From Phyllosticta citribraziliensis (Eukaryota): a DNA stretch of 64,000 nt. The stretch's first letter is position 1. Each line of letters opens with the position of its first letter. Position numbers and translations under genes: made by a program. Below, one piece after another: positions 1 to 13,362 of the stretch. The notes under the pieces are model-generated. The model was not told where the DNA came from and made no database searches. It was given only the letters and a program-made list of their open reading frames with translations. The DNA is taken from contig NW_027117350.1 in the NCBI RefSeq assembly GCF_038025025.1, positions 496,001 to 560,000 on the forward strand, in the 5' to 3' direction.

Positions 1-111
1 AATAGAATTGGGTGGGGGCGATGGCTTATTTGGCACTTGCTCAGTATGTCCTATTATTGTCACGGGCAGTCAATCATGGCCTGTACAAGAGATTGATTCG
101 TTTCGATGCAT

Positions 112-1683
112 CTAGACGCTGATTGTCTTGAAAACACTGTAGACTCGTTAGCAACTTGTCGTCGGAAAAGTGGTGTGCGCACGTACCCAAATCCGCTTCC
201 TCCAGTTGCCATGACGGTACCTGGGATTTGCGGGTGCCAATGACCCTCCTTGACCTGCTCCATGTAATGCACAAACAGCAGCTGGGGCGGCACATCTTGG
301 ACGCCGCCAGTGTCTTTGCTCTCCTCGTCATCCAACTCGACAGCCAAATCCCACAGCGTGAGGGTGTTGTCTCCCGCGGCGACGAGAACAATGCTGTCGT
401 CGGTAGGATGCCACTCGACGGAGGTGATTTGCTCCTTGTGAAAGTCAAAGGATGCCACTGGGCTGGGCTTGGTCGTTGCGCCAGGCTTCCACTGGCGCAG
501 GTCCCACACGCCCCAACGTCCATCATCGGCACCCGAGGCCAGCAGGTGCGCAGTCTGGTGAGACCAGGACAAGACGTTGACGTCGGTGTTGCTGGCCTGG
601 ACCGTAATGACGGGCTTGCGAGACTTGGAGCGAACATCCCAGATGCGGACTGTACCGTCGTTGCCGGCAGACGCAAAGACGTTGCGCTCCGTCGGCGACC
701 ATTGCAGCTCCTCGACCGTCTCGGCGTGGCCAGTGTAGGGGGTCGTGTCGGTCACAAAACCTCCACCCTGGGTCCGGGTCGTGGCAAAGATTTTTCCGCT
801 AATGTCGCCAGTCAGCACCTTGCCCTCGGCCACCAGCGGTGACCAGTCAACAGCGTAACCCTCATTCTTGCCGTGGGCGCGAATGGTGCAAGCAGGCTTG
901 GATTGCTGCGGGGTAAGAGTAGCGCCTGGCGTGTCAAAGCTGGCGAGGTGGGGCGTAATGTCGTGGATAAAGACTTGGCCAGACTCGGTCATTGTGGCCG
1001 TCAGTGTTGTCGGCGGCTGGGCAGACGTGACTTGTGGGGACTGGTGGGCCCGTATGCGGTTCGTCGTCGAGGACAGCGGGATGTTCTTGGTCTCCAGGAT
1101 GGGGTCGGCCGACTCTTCGTCGTCGCTCTCGTCGTCCTCCTCGGGCTCCTTTTCCATTCGGCTCAGACTGCTCATCTTCATGACCATGAGCTGGTTTTCC
1201 TTTTCGCGACCATATTCGGCTTGGGTTCCGGCCACTGAGTAAACGGTTGCGGGGTATGATGTGCGGTTGTCGCCGAGCTGGTCGCGGATGATGTCAAAGG
1301 AAAGGCAGGGCCAGGGGGCGTCGAGAGTGTGCAGCATTTCGTATGTGGACAGATCGGGAGAGAGTGTCTCGCCGGCACTCAATTTGTGGCGTCCGGGTAT
1401 AAAAGTGCTCTGGTCCACGTCCATGGCGTCTTGGAGAATGATTAGCAATCTGGACGGAGAGATGGGACAGCAGCGACTTACTCTCACGCTCCTCAGCTTC
1501 GCGCTCCTCGTCTGGCCTGCCATCTACACCAGCCTCGAGTATTTCGTCTTCGCTTTCGAATTCATCCTCAAACTCGTCCTCAAAGTCGCCGGCGTCGTCG
1601 AGGTTCTGGGGGTCGACAGGACGCTCGCCCTGCTTGAGGGTCTCGCGCTCGTCGTCGGCGGGCTCTGCGGGGCGTTTGCTCAT
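112..1683 (-). CDS. RRB1: Ribosome assembly protein RRB1 (GRWD1-like WD40 protein), 3 exons
   Basis: Acidic N-terminus MSKRPAE...EFESEDE, then YEMLHTLDAPWPCLSFD, WD repeats (VEELQWSP, WDVR, WDLR) and PPQLLFVH. Introns ~1481-1430 and ~186-137; spliced end GVFKTISV*. Confidence 0.93.
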
Positions 1684-2632
1684 GGCGAATGTGGATGTTA
1701 CCTAGGTACAGTGGGCGAGCAACAGCCCTGCGTCGCAACTTTTTTGTCGGCGGTCATGGATCCAAGCTCCGACGGGAGAAGTGCCGAGGAGAGGCCGAGA
1801 CCTGGAGCGTGTCGCGGAGGCCAGGCCAGGCCAGGGTGCAGTGTCAGGACTCAGGGCACGTCCAGGGGACTTGACGGAAGACGAGTGCGGGGTCCGGATT
1901 CACGTCTCCACGTCGCCAGGTGCGGGCAGCAGAGGTCCAAGAAAGCTTGACAGAAGCCTCGGGCTCGAATTGACTTTGCTCATTTCAACCTTGCCATCGG
2001 TGGGTCGGAGCAGTTGAAGCTGTTGTGACGGTTGACGGGTTGTTTACATGTATGTACCTGTACAGCGTCAGGCACAGGAGAGTGGTGGTTGGGCCGTCGT
2101 GTCGGTTGGGGATTGGCCTGCCGGGAGGGAGTGGTGTAGTGTGGTATGGGTGTGGGTGTGCCTGAGGCTGGCGTTTGTTGCTCTGCTCCTGGCATGGTTG
2201 TGATGATATGATGGCTGAGGGTCCCACTCTTCGACCTTCTGCCTGCCGCTCACCTCGCAGCCTCACAATTGCATCGCCTCTTCGTTGCTGACTCTTGACT
2301 ACATGTACTGACCTGCATCTACTTCTCTGCTTCATCCTCCATCGCCGCCATCCCCTCTTCCACGCGCCCTCAACGCGTTGCTGGCCCGTTTCCCCCCCCG
2401 TCGCAACGCGCGCGCCTACATCCCTCCACCCACCAAACAACCTTCTCTCCCGCCCCGGGCAAATCCCGCACATCCGCACATCACCTCTCCCCATCGCACC
2501 GCTGCACGACTCATCCGCTGCCCGCTCGTTGCCTTGCCGCCGCCGCCAGCTTGGGCCTGTTTGCCCATCGTCAGCCCGGCTGATTCACTCTAGTCTCGCT
2601 CTGTCCACCAGACGATCCCATCGCCCAACAGC

Positions 2633-3872
2633 ATGGACGCCCCAGCAGAGTCCGCCCACGAGCACCACGACCCACCCGCCAATCCTCCGTCAGCTCCAGC
2701 GATCGATGCCGCCGACGACAGTGCGAACAGCACCACCATCACCGCGTCAACCTTCAACCAGATGCCAGACTTCCACCAACCCTCCAACGCCTTTGGTGCT
2801 ACCTACGGTCCCTCATCTCCCGAGCATCACCGCCCCTCGACTTCTCATTCGGACACGGCCTACAGCCGTCCCTCGTACCTGTCTGACAACAACACCCCCG
2901 TGCACGGCTACCACCAGTACTCGTCCACCTCGGACCAAGACACTCCTCCACGCTACCAAAACCACAACAACAACAACGGCTACAACAACCCTCGCCCCTC
3001 GTCGCGGCCTCCGTCGAGACCCTCCTCGGGTCTCGCCTACCAACAATCCGACGGCGGTCGCTCCACAACCTATCAGGACCAGAACCACAGAGGTTCCGGC
3101 CAGGCCATGGCCGACCGCCAGAATACCAGCGTCGTCATAAAGGTGGGCATGGTTGGCGATGCGCAAATCGGCAAGACGAGCTTGATGGTCAAATACGTCG
3201 AGGGCAGCTGGGACGAGGACTACATTCAAACATTGGGTACGTGGCACTCTTTTATCTGGCCACACTCCGGTTCTAACATGCCGCAGGTGTAAATTTCATG
3301 GAAAAGACCATATCCATCCGCAACACTGAAATCACCTTTTCGATATGGGATCTAGGCGGCCAGCGCGAATTCGTCAACATGCTCCCGCTGGTCTGCAATG
3401 ACGCCGTTGCCATACTCTTCATGTTCGACCTCACGCGGAAAAGCACACTCAACTCCATCAAGGAGTGGTACAGGCAGGGTCGGGGCTTCAACAAGACGGC
3501 CATACCCTTCCTCGTTGGCACAAAGTACGACCACTTTGTCAATTTCCCGCGCGAAGAGCAAGAGGAGATCTCCAACCAGGTTAGTGACTCACTGGAATTT
3601 GCCAAGATTGGTTTCTAAACAATCTCGTATTTACTAACACGACGCAGGCCAAGCGCTTTGCAAAGGCAATGAAGGCAAGTCTGATCTTCAGCAGCACCAG
3701 CCACAGCATCAATGTCCAAAAGGTAATTCGCCTTCTTTCGCTCAAATCATCCAAGCTAACCTGTCTTTAGATTTTCAAAATCGTTCTCTCAAAAGCCTTC
3801 GATCTCAGATGTACGATTCCGGAAATCGAGAACGTGGGAGAGCCTCTCCTTCTCTACCAATCCGTCGGCTAA
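2633..3872 (+). CDS. spg1: Septation/mitotic-exit small GTPase Spg1/Tem1 with low-complexity N-terminal extension, 4 exons
   Basis: [52 protein letters not shown], end [24 protein letters not shown]. Introns ~3237-3287, 3580-3647, 3723-3770. Confidence 0.95.
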
Positions 3873-6652
3873 ACGGCCAATTCACGACACCAACAACTTT
3901 TTCCTTGCCACAAACGAAGCCCTCCCCGTCGAATGAGATTTTTCCATGCATGCAGTTCGGTGCACTCGGTAGTCCTTTTGTCAATTCCTTCACTTCTTGA
4001 TTCCCCTCCTTGTCTCTTGGGCGAGTGTTATGATGCATCCCCGGAATTTTCTTTTCCTTCCTCGTTTTGAAACAATTTTTGGCCAAACGATTGGACGCTC
4101 CCAACGCAAACAGCGCAGACGGCTTTCCTAGTAGTGACAGGAGACGGCGGTGGCGGCGTGGATTTGTCTACAGTAGCAGAGGAGGAAGAACGTCTTTGAG
4201 CAGAAGAAGAAGAAGAAGCAAAAGAAATCTGTCGTCATCATCCACCCCTTGTAATCCCTCCCTTTCCAGCTGTTTCTTTACTTCTCTCAAATCTCACAAT
4301 ACCATCCGACCGAGACTCTCTCGCCCCCTTTTTTCCTTTCTCCTTGCCACAAACAGCCATATTGTCCACTTTTCCTTTTCCGCTCGCTACATGTTTTGAT
4401 CAAGGGTTAATGTCGTTGTTTTGATGATTGCGCCAGGCCGGCGTTCGGATGAGTGCCGCCCGCGGATACGATGGGATAGACGGTCAGGTCAGTCAGTATT
4501 GGGGATTCAGGGGGCTGTGCCATTGGCGATAGACGTTGATTGGGGCTGAAGGGGCCGACTAGACTGTGAGCGGCGCAGGCGTAGGCGCAGCGCAGGCTGG
4601 CTGAGGCGGAGCTACTGGTGGAAATGGAGTATTATGTCGTCGTCCACGACGATCAAGTCAAATCGAATTGAACTGAATCAGACCTAGTGGATTGGTTTGG
4701 GCGGAGCTGAGGCGAGGCATCTATCTGACTTGTCAATGCCTGTTTACGGCTGTTGAAGTGCTTAAACCTGCCTGATTCTGCCCCCGCCGCCGTGGGTTAC
4801 ATGGGTACGTATCGACGTCTGCTCACCTCCCGGTCCGTCATCTCACCAGTCCCCCGTCGTCGAGATATGCGACTTGGTCCGTTAACCAGCTAATCAGTAA
4901 TTCCCGTCTCTTACTTGGCTTTCCCGCAAACTAATCATGCTTCCTGGATATTGCGGACCAATGGTAGCTTCGAAGTGCCTCTAAGAGGAGCGTGGTGGAG
5001 AGATCGACTTCAAAGTGCTGGGACAGAGAGGCTTGTAAGAGGATCGATTGATGGCAGGTGTCGAACGGCTCTATGCGCTGGACATCGTCTCATAGCTCGC
5101 CGGTTGTGGGGTTTAAGATCTGACTGGTTGTGGCTGTCCGGAATGCAATTTTGGATCGGCTCCTCATTGTTAAGGAACTCTGAACACCAAGGGCGGGCAG
5201 CAGGAAGGCTGTTTGTAGTGCCAGCTTTGTCGAAAAAGGTGCCGCAGGACATGCGATCTGCGCACTCAGACCTGGAAAAGGTCAGCCTAACTTCAATACC
5301 AGAGGAGAGGATGATTGGCGGGGCCCAGCACGACACTTCCAGAGTCGCTCGTCAAAGAGAAGGAAGGCACTTCGTAATCCGCGCCTCAAGGTCGTCTACG
5401 GAAGCTTCTCACGGCGCCGGATGGTAGACGAGCCCCAACTCGGACCAAAAAAGAAGACGCAGAAGGCAGGTCTGAACAAGCTGGAGGCCACAACAGACGA
5501 ACTCGAGTCCGCAACCAGGTCGAGCCATGAATCCGACTCTAGTCGTCTTGAGCTCCCCCGATTATCGTCGAGCGCGGGCGTCCAGACCAGATGCAACAGA
5601 CCGACAAAGACACCAACTCCACTCACTCCATCAACTTGGGCCGCCGCCTCCAAACCCCCTCCGAACAAGTTTTCGTTTCACCACGCCATCACCATGGCAT
5701 CCCGAGGCCGTCGATCGTGGGATCATCGCGTCATCTCGCAACCGGCCGCGACGGCTTGGAAGGCGTACCCACAGTCGCTCGTTGCGTCTGGCGGTGAGTT
5801 TTCGAGGCAGAGGGACATCTGGAGCGCTTTATAAAGCGGCTTGATGAGGACGCCGATGAGCAGCAGCAGCAGATGACAGCATAAGGATGTGATAGCATTG
5901 GGGCCGTTGAGGCGGGACTTGGTTCCACGCGGAGTCAGGGTGTTGTTGTCTCGATCTTTTGCGATTTCGGTGCTAGATACCTAACTTCGCATTTCAGCTT
6001 AACGAATAACGTCAGCGTAGGAATCTTGTTTTTCAATTCGCATGCGTGAAATGAGGGCGAAGAGCGGGGAAAGAGGCCATCAATTCAAGCGGCGCATTTC
6101 CATATTCAGTTTCCAACACAGCACTCTGCTACCGCTACCGCTACCGCTATCGCCATCACACCGACCGACCTACCTGCCGTGCTCGCTTCAAGGAGAACAT
6201 AGAGAAAAAGAAGGAAGGGCGGCACACTCCAACAATGCCATTTTAGCTCAGCACCAACAGAGCGGGGGGCTCTACACCAAGAAAGTCAAAGGGGAGGGAG
6301 AGAGAGAGGAGAGAGAGTAGAGAGAGGAGGAAGACGTTACAGTTTATTCGAACAGGGAGAAGAAGCGGAGGGTCAGAAAGAAGTTAGAGGGAGGGAAGGA
6401 GCTAGTGTAAGTAGGAAAACCAAAAACAACGTATTTTTGTGCTTGCCTGCCTTGTCTGCCTGTCTCCATCAATGCCGTCCATCCATCCTGGTCTCGCCTA
6501 CCAACGTATCATACCCACCGCGCCCAGTCACCACCCAGCCAATCGCCGTCCGCCCTAAACCTAAACCCTACAGAGCGACACCCTGCTCCCAAGGGGGGAG
6601 AAAAAAGAAAAGGAAAAGAAAGGTAAACCAAGATGAAGAATCGGATGCTGCT

Positions 6653-6676
6653 GCTTGCTTGCTTGCTTGCTTGCTT
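6653..6676. repeat. (GCTT)6 microsatellite
   Basis: Read directly from sequence. Confidence 0.9.
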
Positions 6677-6965
6677 CTGGAAAGCTGTTGGTGCGGACAG
6701 GGTATTCGGTTCGGGTGCCACTCGCGGGTCGAAAAGGAGAATTACGGGAATGCAAAACAAGAAGAGAGAAACAACGTAACGACAAAAGAGAAATCGCCAG
6801 TCGCTGGACGGATGGATGAATGGGGATCCACGGATCAATGGATGAAAACGAGGAGGAAGAAGAGAAAAAAACCGGCGTAGGTCAACAAAAGGCGCTGCGC
6901 GGACGCAGCTCCAAACAAAGCGCCCGACATGCTCCTTCATTCTTTTTTTGCTGCTCTCCCTCAGT

Positions 6966-9900
6966 CTACTTCTGCGTCCACGCCGCATGTGCCGTCCTCA
7001 ATAGGCCCAGCACCTGCACCTGCCCCGCCGCGCTCTCGCATGCGCATTGCAGCGTCCGGCCGTCGTGAAAGTCGAGGAGCACGCTGTTGGGCATCTCTTG
7101 GCGTTCGGCGTCGGGGGCGAACGGCGCGAGGAATTCGCCAAGATGATAGCGCTTGACGAGACCCTTGGTCTGCAGAGTAGATGTTAGAACAAAGTTGGAC
7201 TGTGGGGACAGGGGTCTGCCGCTAAGCGGAATGCAAGGATGCACGGGACCAAGTTCTGGGGATGCTTACGTCGTTGGCCTTGGATGGCGACAAGACTATG
7301 TTTCCTTGGGCATCGATTTCGACGTGTCGGCGCTTCCAGAGCTGCATGCCGTTAGCAACCATGCGCTGAATCAAGGATCATAATTCGTACAAGAGTGTCT
7401 GGGAATTGGACGTTCAAATCGCCAATCTCCAATCCTGCCGGGACTGGCGTCGGCTTTGGAGTTGGGAGCTCCTCTTCAGGAACCTCTTCCTGCACTGTTG
7501 GATTACCATTAACCATCTGATTCAGGCTCTTCCTGCTTGTGGCGGAGAAGCCGGTGCTCATCCGCTTCAGTAACCTACTCGTCCGTGATCCCTTCCTCTC
7601 GTCTCTCGTCTCCGAGCTTTCCGCTACACTGTCAAAACTGGCGACAGACTGGCTGCGAGGCATCGACTGCGGAGGCGACGAAATTTCACTACGCCTGCGT
7701 CCGAGCGAGCGCCAGCTACTCTCCGATGATGATCGTGGGAGAGCCTCCCGTTGTGGCGAGAATGTGACGGGAGAAGCGGTTGCGGAATGCGGCGAAGTGA
7801 CTTCTTTCGAAGGCGAGGGTTGGATGACGGGCGAGGGCTGGACCTCTGGCTTTGTGGTCTCGATTGTAATGGGGCTCGGCTGCAAGTCCAGCGGCGGCGT
7901 CTCGTGTTCTTGCTGGGGTGTCCGGGGGCCTGGAGCCGGAGTCCGGACTATTCGCGCCGTGACTGTCACAGACTCAGTCTTGCTGTCTGCGCCCTTGTTG
8001 TATACGGCCTGAACGGGTTCGTTGGAGGTGGAGCCGCGCGACGTGGGGCGGTCGGACGGAGCTACAGAGATGAAGGAAGATTTACTGAGACGCCGCGAAT
8101 TCTTCAGGTAGGCATCCGCAGACGACGCGCGGAGGGAGTTTTGCCGCTGGGCGATGAGGGAGTTGGAGCCGGGGTGGTCGTTACCTATCCGACGGGGGAC
8201 CATGTGAATGGCCTCGCGGTTCGACTTTTCTGCGAGAGCCTTCATGCGCTGTGCAATGCCAGACGACACGCCAGTCTTTCTTGTCGCAGGGGCGTTCTCC
8301 TTGGAACCCACGTACGAAGCCGACAGGGACCGCTGGGACGCCGCATCATCGGGCGACAGGCGCTGGCTGTTGCCCCTGCTGCTGGAGAGAGGATTCGAGT
8401 TAACCCGCTGCTCGATGGATATGGTCGAGGTGCTGGATCCTTTGCGCCTGGGAAAGATGGACGTAATGGGTGACTTGGACACGGATACAGACATTGGCTT
8501 GGCCTCCTCGACGGTGGCGCTCTGGAGCTCCTCCATGAACGAGTCGTCCGACATGTAGTCCTCGTCGGAAATTTCCGCACTGGGGTCACCGACACGGATG
8601 GGGTCGACGTTGCGACTGCGGCGCTTTTGCGTGGAACGGCGTTTGGGGTTGGGACTTGGAGAAGCGGCAGCAGCAGGCAAGGCCGTGGTATTATCGTCAC
8701 TCGGGCGCGGTCCCTGGGTGGGTTCCGTTTGATGGTCTCCCGAAGAATCCCTGTCAGGAGATGAAACATCCTGATTCGTCGACGGATCGTCGACCGATGG
8801 AACACCGAGCGAAGAACCGTCGAAGCCCCCGTCCACACGTCGCCGTCTCTCTGCCCCGTCGACCGCGTCCTTGTGCTCGCCGCCTTCAGAAACCGACGAC
8901 GGCCGCGTCGACAGCGTCTTGGACGACTCTTGGATGGAAATGGGGGACGAAGAGACAATAGGAGTTGGAGGCCGTGCTTCTTCTTCTTCATCTCCGGCTC
9001 CACTGATCAGCACTTCGACGCCAGAGTCCGCTTTTGTATGATCGAGACCCGAGGCAGCATTTAAAGTCGCCGCCGAATCCGTGCTAGGCGTCTGCTCTCG
9101 CGGCACTTCGACCCCTTCTCCGCTAGCCCCCTTGGCCTCCGCACCAGCCGTTGCATCAGCTGCTCTCTCTGGATCAGCACTGGCAGCCTCTTTTGGCCCC
9201 GTCTTCTTCTCCTTTGCCGCTTGAGCGGCCATCATTTGCCTCTTGCGCAGCTCAACCGCCCTCAAGAGCCGCTGTTTCTCCGGCGTTATGCCTGTCGACC
9301 TGGCAGAGCTGGCGCTGCTCGACCTCAGCCCGGGGCTGGAAGTGGGTCGGTCTGGCGCTGATGACGGCATGTCGAGCATCTGGGGAACGGGCGGAGGGAC
9401 CGCGATGCTGGGCACAGTGCTTGACTCGCGCGATTTTGGCCGTGTCAAGTTGGCCTTGTTGCGCACTGCAGCCTTGAGGCTCGCCGGCAACTTGGCGCTC
9501 TTTCCATCGCCTGCCGTGTGAGGGCGAGAATCCATGGGCCGGGGGCCAAGCTTGACCTTGGGTTTGTACAGGTACGAAAAGTCGTACTCTGGGCGGGCGG
9601 TTTGCGACGAGGCGCGGCGATGCGGGTCGTCGTTGGATAAATAGTCGTAGGCATTGAGCGACCTGACCGACTGTGCGTAGGCCCTGGGGCTTCCAATTTT
9701 GGAGTCGATGGTAGCTGCTCCCGGCGATTGCGGCATCGTGTCTGCATGCCCCGTGGGTGAAAAGGGACGCGCGTTGGTCGGGGCTTCCTCCTTGGTTTGC
9801 TCCCGTTGTAATGAAGATAGTCCCGTGTCTGTCCTTGCCAATGGTGCCTCTGCGCCCGCTCCATCATCTGTGACGTCCTCGACATCTTCGCTAATACCAT

Positions 9901-10451
9901 CCAACTTTTTCGACTTTGAACCCGTCGACGCATTCGACGGCGCTTCGGTGTGGAGGGAGGATGATGTCGCGGCCAGGGCATTTTCGGTCAGCTCCTGTGG
10001 CGAAGAAAAGGAAAATATCGTATCGTGTGAGAATCGCTCCTCGATTTCTTGAAAGTGGACGGTGACGCGCGCTGCAGAAGTCAGTGTCGGATTCCCTGGT
10101 CGATTTAAGGTGAGACGCGTACCTTGCAACAGGCGCGAGGTGCCCTCCGGGATGTACTTGAGAAGAAGTTTACGTCGGCGGTGGTGCAACAGGCCGTAGA
10201 GCGGCGAGTTTTCTTCGTGTTGGAGCAGGGCGGCGCGGGCCTCGTTGACTCCGGCGGTTCCTAGGCTGAGGACGTCGAGGGCATCTCTGGACGCGTACTT
10301 GAGGAGAAACCTGTGCGGCGTAACAGTCAGCCTTACCCCTGCCAACTTGATCAGCCACTTGGGCCTGGTGAGCTTACCATGCTCCCGCGTCGGCCAGGGC
10401 GGCTTGGTAGGCTTCCTGGACAGGGCCCTGATCAAGGCCATTCAACGACAT
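6966..10451 (-). CDS. Large conserved fungal protein: N-terminal ADF-H/cofilin-like domain, long S/P-rich disordered middle, C-terminal PH-like domain
   Basis: Spliced start MSLNGLDQGPVQEAYQAALADAGAW|FLLKYASRD...SPLYGLLHHRRRKLLLKYIPEGTSRLLQ|ARVTVHF. C-terminal exons GDLNVQFPDTL|LWKRRHVEIDAQG...KRYHLGEF...LQCACES. Domain assignment is from motif resemblance. Confidence 0.75.
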
Positions 10452-11345
10452 TGCGCCGCCGTGCGCGTGAGGGCGATGGCTTGTGCGACGGGATGGGAGA
10501 GGGGAGGGAGGTGGTTTCTTTTTGGACTTTTAGGCGGCGTACCGCTGCTTCAGGCAAGGGCGCGCTATATCGGGGCCCTCAGGGGTTCAGGCACAATAAG
10601 GCTGAGCATTGAAGCTTGACGGGCGCGCGGCGTCGATTGGGCGTGGTCATGCGTGGGCGGGAGCGGTCAGCGGCTTGTTGTCAGAGAATGGACGGGACCG
10701 GGGCTTGGAGGACGATTGATTGATTGGGGGACTGGAGGGCGCGGGCGAGTCGAGGTGGTTGAGCGTTGGAGCGAGCGAGTAGCTAGGCCGAGTCGCAGGC
10801 TGTCTCTCTTTTGCAAGAGGATGCGGGCGGCACGGCGGGAGCGGCGTCGAGTGTCAGCGCGTCGCCGATCATGGGCAGCAGATGCAAGGGAATCGAGGCG
10901 TTTGGCGGTCAGGCAGGAAGCGGAGCCGTCTGGTCTGGTGTGTGGAGAGATGGAAAATAAGTTCAACGACTGGACTGGCTGGAGTCGAGTGGAGAGCACT
11001 GGCGGGCCGCTTTTGCTTTTGTTTTGGAGAAGCTGAGCGAGTCGTCGCCGTCTGGGCATGCAGCTGCGGGACTGTACAGGTCGATAATACATACATACAT
11101 ACATGTGCGTACCCATCCAATGCAGACAAGAAATGATGATAATAATTCCCGTCGCGTTGCCCAGGGTGCCGCCGCCACATCACGCTGGACATGGACGAAG
11201 CCAGACCAGCCAGCCAAACCGACGGCGCACGCCCATGTCAGACCATACCGTCAGCCGCACCGTGTCTGCATCCTTGTCTGCCCATCCATCATCCATCCGT
11301 CCATGACATCAATCTACTCTGTCCCATCCGCAACAACAACCCGCC

Positions 11346-12640
11346 ATGAACCCCTCCTTACCCCCACCTTCGGCCCTCAGTGACCCCTCGCTGACCCCTT
11401 CCGACATCACAAACGCACTCGACCTGCTATTCGAGCCGTCGCCTATCCTCCATGCTCTAACCCTGCCCATCATCCAAGGCGCCTCACCTCCCTTTGCCAC
11501 ATATGCCGACTTGATTGGGGCCGTCGAGACACAGCTCAAGGCCCTGGCGGCCAATGGCGACACGCAGCAATTGGACACCATTCTAGGCTCGCATCCACGC
11601 CTAGGAGAAAAAAAGGTCGATAGCGCTTTGAGTCGCAAAGAGCAGGCCGCCATGGGCCAAGACGCTGACCAAGCCAACGACTTTGCCGCGCTAAATGCCA
11701 TGTACGAGCAGAGGTTTCCCGGCTTGAGATTTGTGTGAGTTTCATCTTTTTACATTTGCCTCTTTTTTTTCTTTCTTTTTTCTTCTTTTTCTCTCTCTTG
11801 CCCTTACAAATACTCGCATGCTGCGCGTCGTGTCTGCGGCCTGCACTACGGCCTCCAATTTCCTTTTCCAGCGCATTGCATAGCCTCTCTCGTCGTCCCC
11901 TTCACCAGGACCACAACTCCCCTCCATCTCACATCGCACCTAAAAAAAGCAACACCCCCAAAAGAACCCCTTAGCTTTCTTACCTACCTACCTTTCCCCA
12001 CAAGCCACTTCCGCCTTCCCGTCCACCTCCCCCCGCGCCGATCAAACACACCCCCTTCCCAGCTCCCCTGCCATCCCCCGTCCGGCAATGCTTCGCTCCC
12101 GTTTTTCTTGCTTCTTCTTCCCTGTTTCCCTTTGCTCCCATCTGCCAGATCCTGCATGCATCCTCCATGCGCCATGGCTTTCCTCTCCGGCCGCATATCA
12201 GGTCTCCCTCCCGTTCGTCCCATCGGGCCGTGGTGCCCGATTGACGACCTACCTAGCGTACCCATTACCTACATACCTTCCCGTCCGGCACATACACGTA
12301 CCACCACCTCATCTCATCCATCTGCCTGAATGACTGACTGACTGACGCAACCTCTCCGCCTTCACACAGCACCTTCGTCAACGCCCGTCCGCGCAGCGTC
12401 ATTGCCGTCGAACTGAAAAGCCGCGTTGAGCGGGGCGACATTGCCGCCGAGCGCATCGCCGCCATCGAGGTCGGTTTCACCCGCCGCCGGTCTGCCTAGG
12501 TACCGCGTTCAATGGGACGACGGACGGGGAAACGCGGTCATTTTGCTGCGTCCCTTGGCTGACATGTGATGCATCGACAGGCCATGTGCGCCATTGCCAA
12601 CGACCGCGCGAGCAAGCTGGCTGGCTCGGCCCTGAGCTAG
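11346..12640 (+). CDS. OHCU decarboxylase (urate degradation), 3 exons
   Basis: LDLLFEPS, ILGSHPRLG, SALSRKEQ, LNAMYEQRFPGLRFV|TFVNARPR...AAIE|AMCAIANDRASKL. Exons 11346-11734, 12370-12469, 12581-12640. Confidence 0.88.
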
Positions 12641-12976
12641 AGAGAAAGAAGGAAACAGAGGAAAAAAGAAACGAGGACGACCTAGCTACCCTCGCGCCAC
12701 GCCCGCACTAGACGCATCGGTGCTTGGAGATGACGGAGCGGACCATGTGCCGATACGACCGAGCCCTCCTCTTCCGCTTCTTGTTAATAGGGTGTGGATA
12801 CATGACGTGCATAGGTTGGGGTAGGCAGGTAGGAAGTTATACAGACATTGCCGCTGCTGGGGGCAAGACCTTGGTCAGAAAACGAGTCAACGATGAAGAC
12901 TGCACTGGGCCATATGCACACATGTCTGTCTCAGATGATTTACTTTCTTTGCCCCTCGTGTTGGAGACGTCGACTC

Positions 12977-13008
12977 GTCCGTCCGTCCGTCCGTCCGTCC
13001 GTCCGTCC
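12977..13008. repeat. (GTCC)8 microsatellite
   Basis: Read directly; a shorter run of the same unit lies near 33630-33650. Confidence 0.9.
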
Positions 13009-13362
13009 GACGACGTGGCTACATAGGAAGCCGACCTTGGAGACTGGCGAAGCAACAATGCCCTCACCACCAACAAGTCGAGACAGACATCGAGCAAGGC
13101 AAGTCGAGTCCAACTGAATCGCTTACACGCCCCAATGCACCTTTGGAGAGTGGTGAGGCATTGCGCGATTGCGTCAACACCTCGCATACCCCACAGTTTT
13201 GAGAGAGGGATAGAGAGCAGATTGTGTTTTATTTGCTTTCCTCCCTTCTAGAAGAGAGCGAGCAGACTACCTGGCCCCATTTTTCCATTACACAGCTCAC
13301 TCCTTTTTTGTTTCCGTCTCCCTCGTCATCTCGTCCTTGATTCGCAGCCATTCCAACCCCTC

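Noticed and set aside
4915..5930. Overlapping ORFs of 65-170 aa, including a good-context ATG near 5694
   Set aside because: No recognisable motif, weak codon bias and no consistent splice model.
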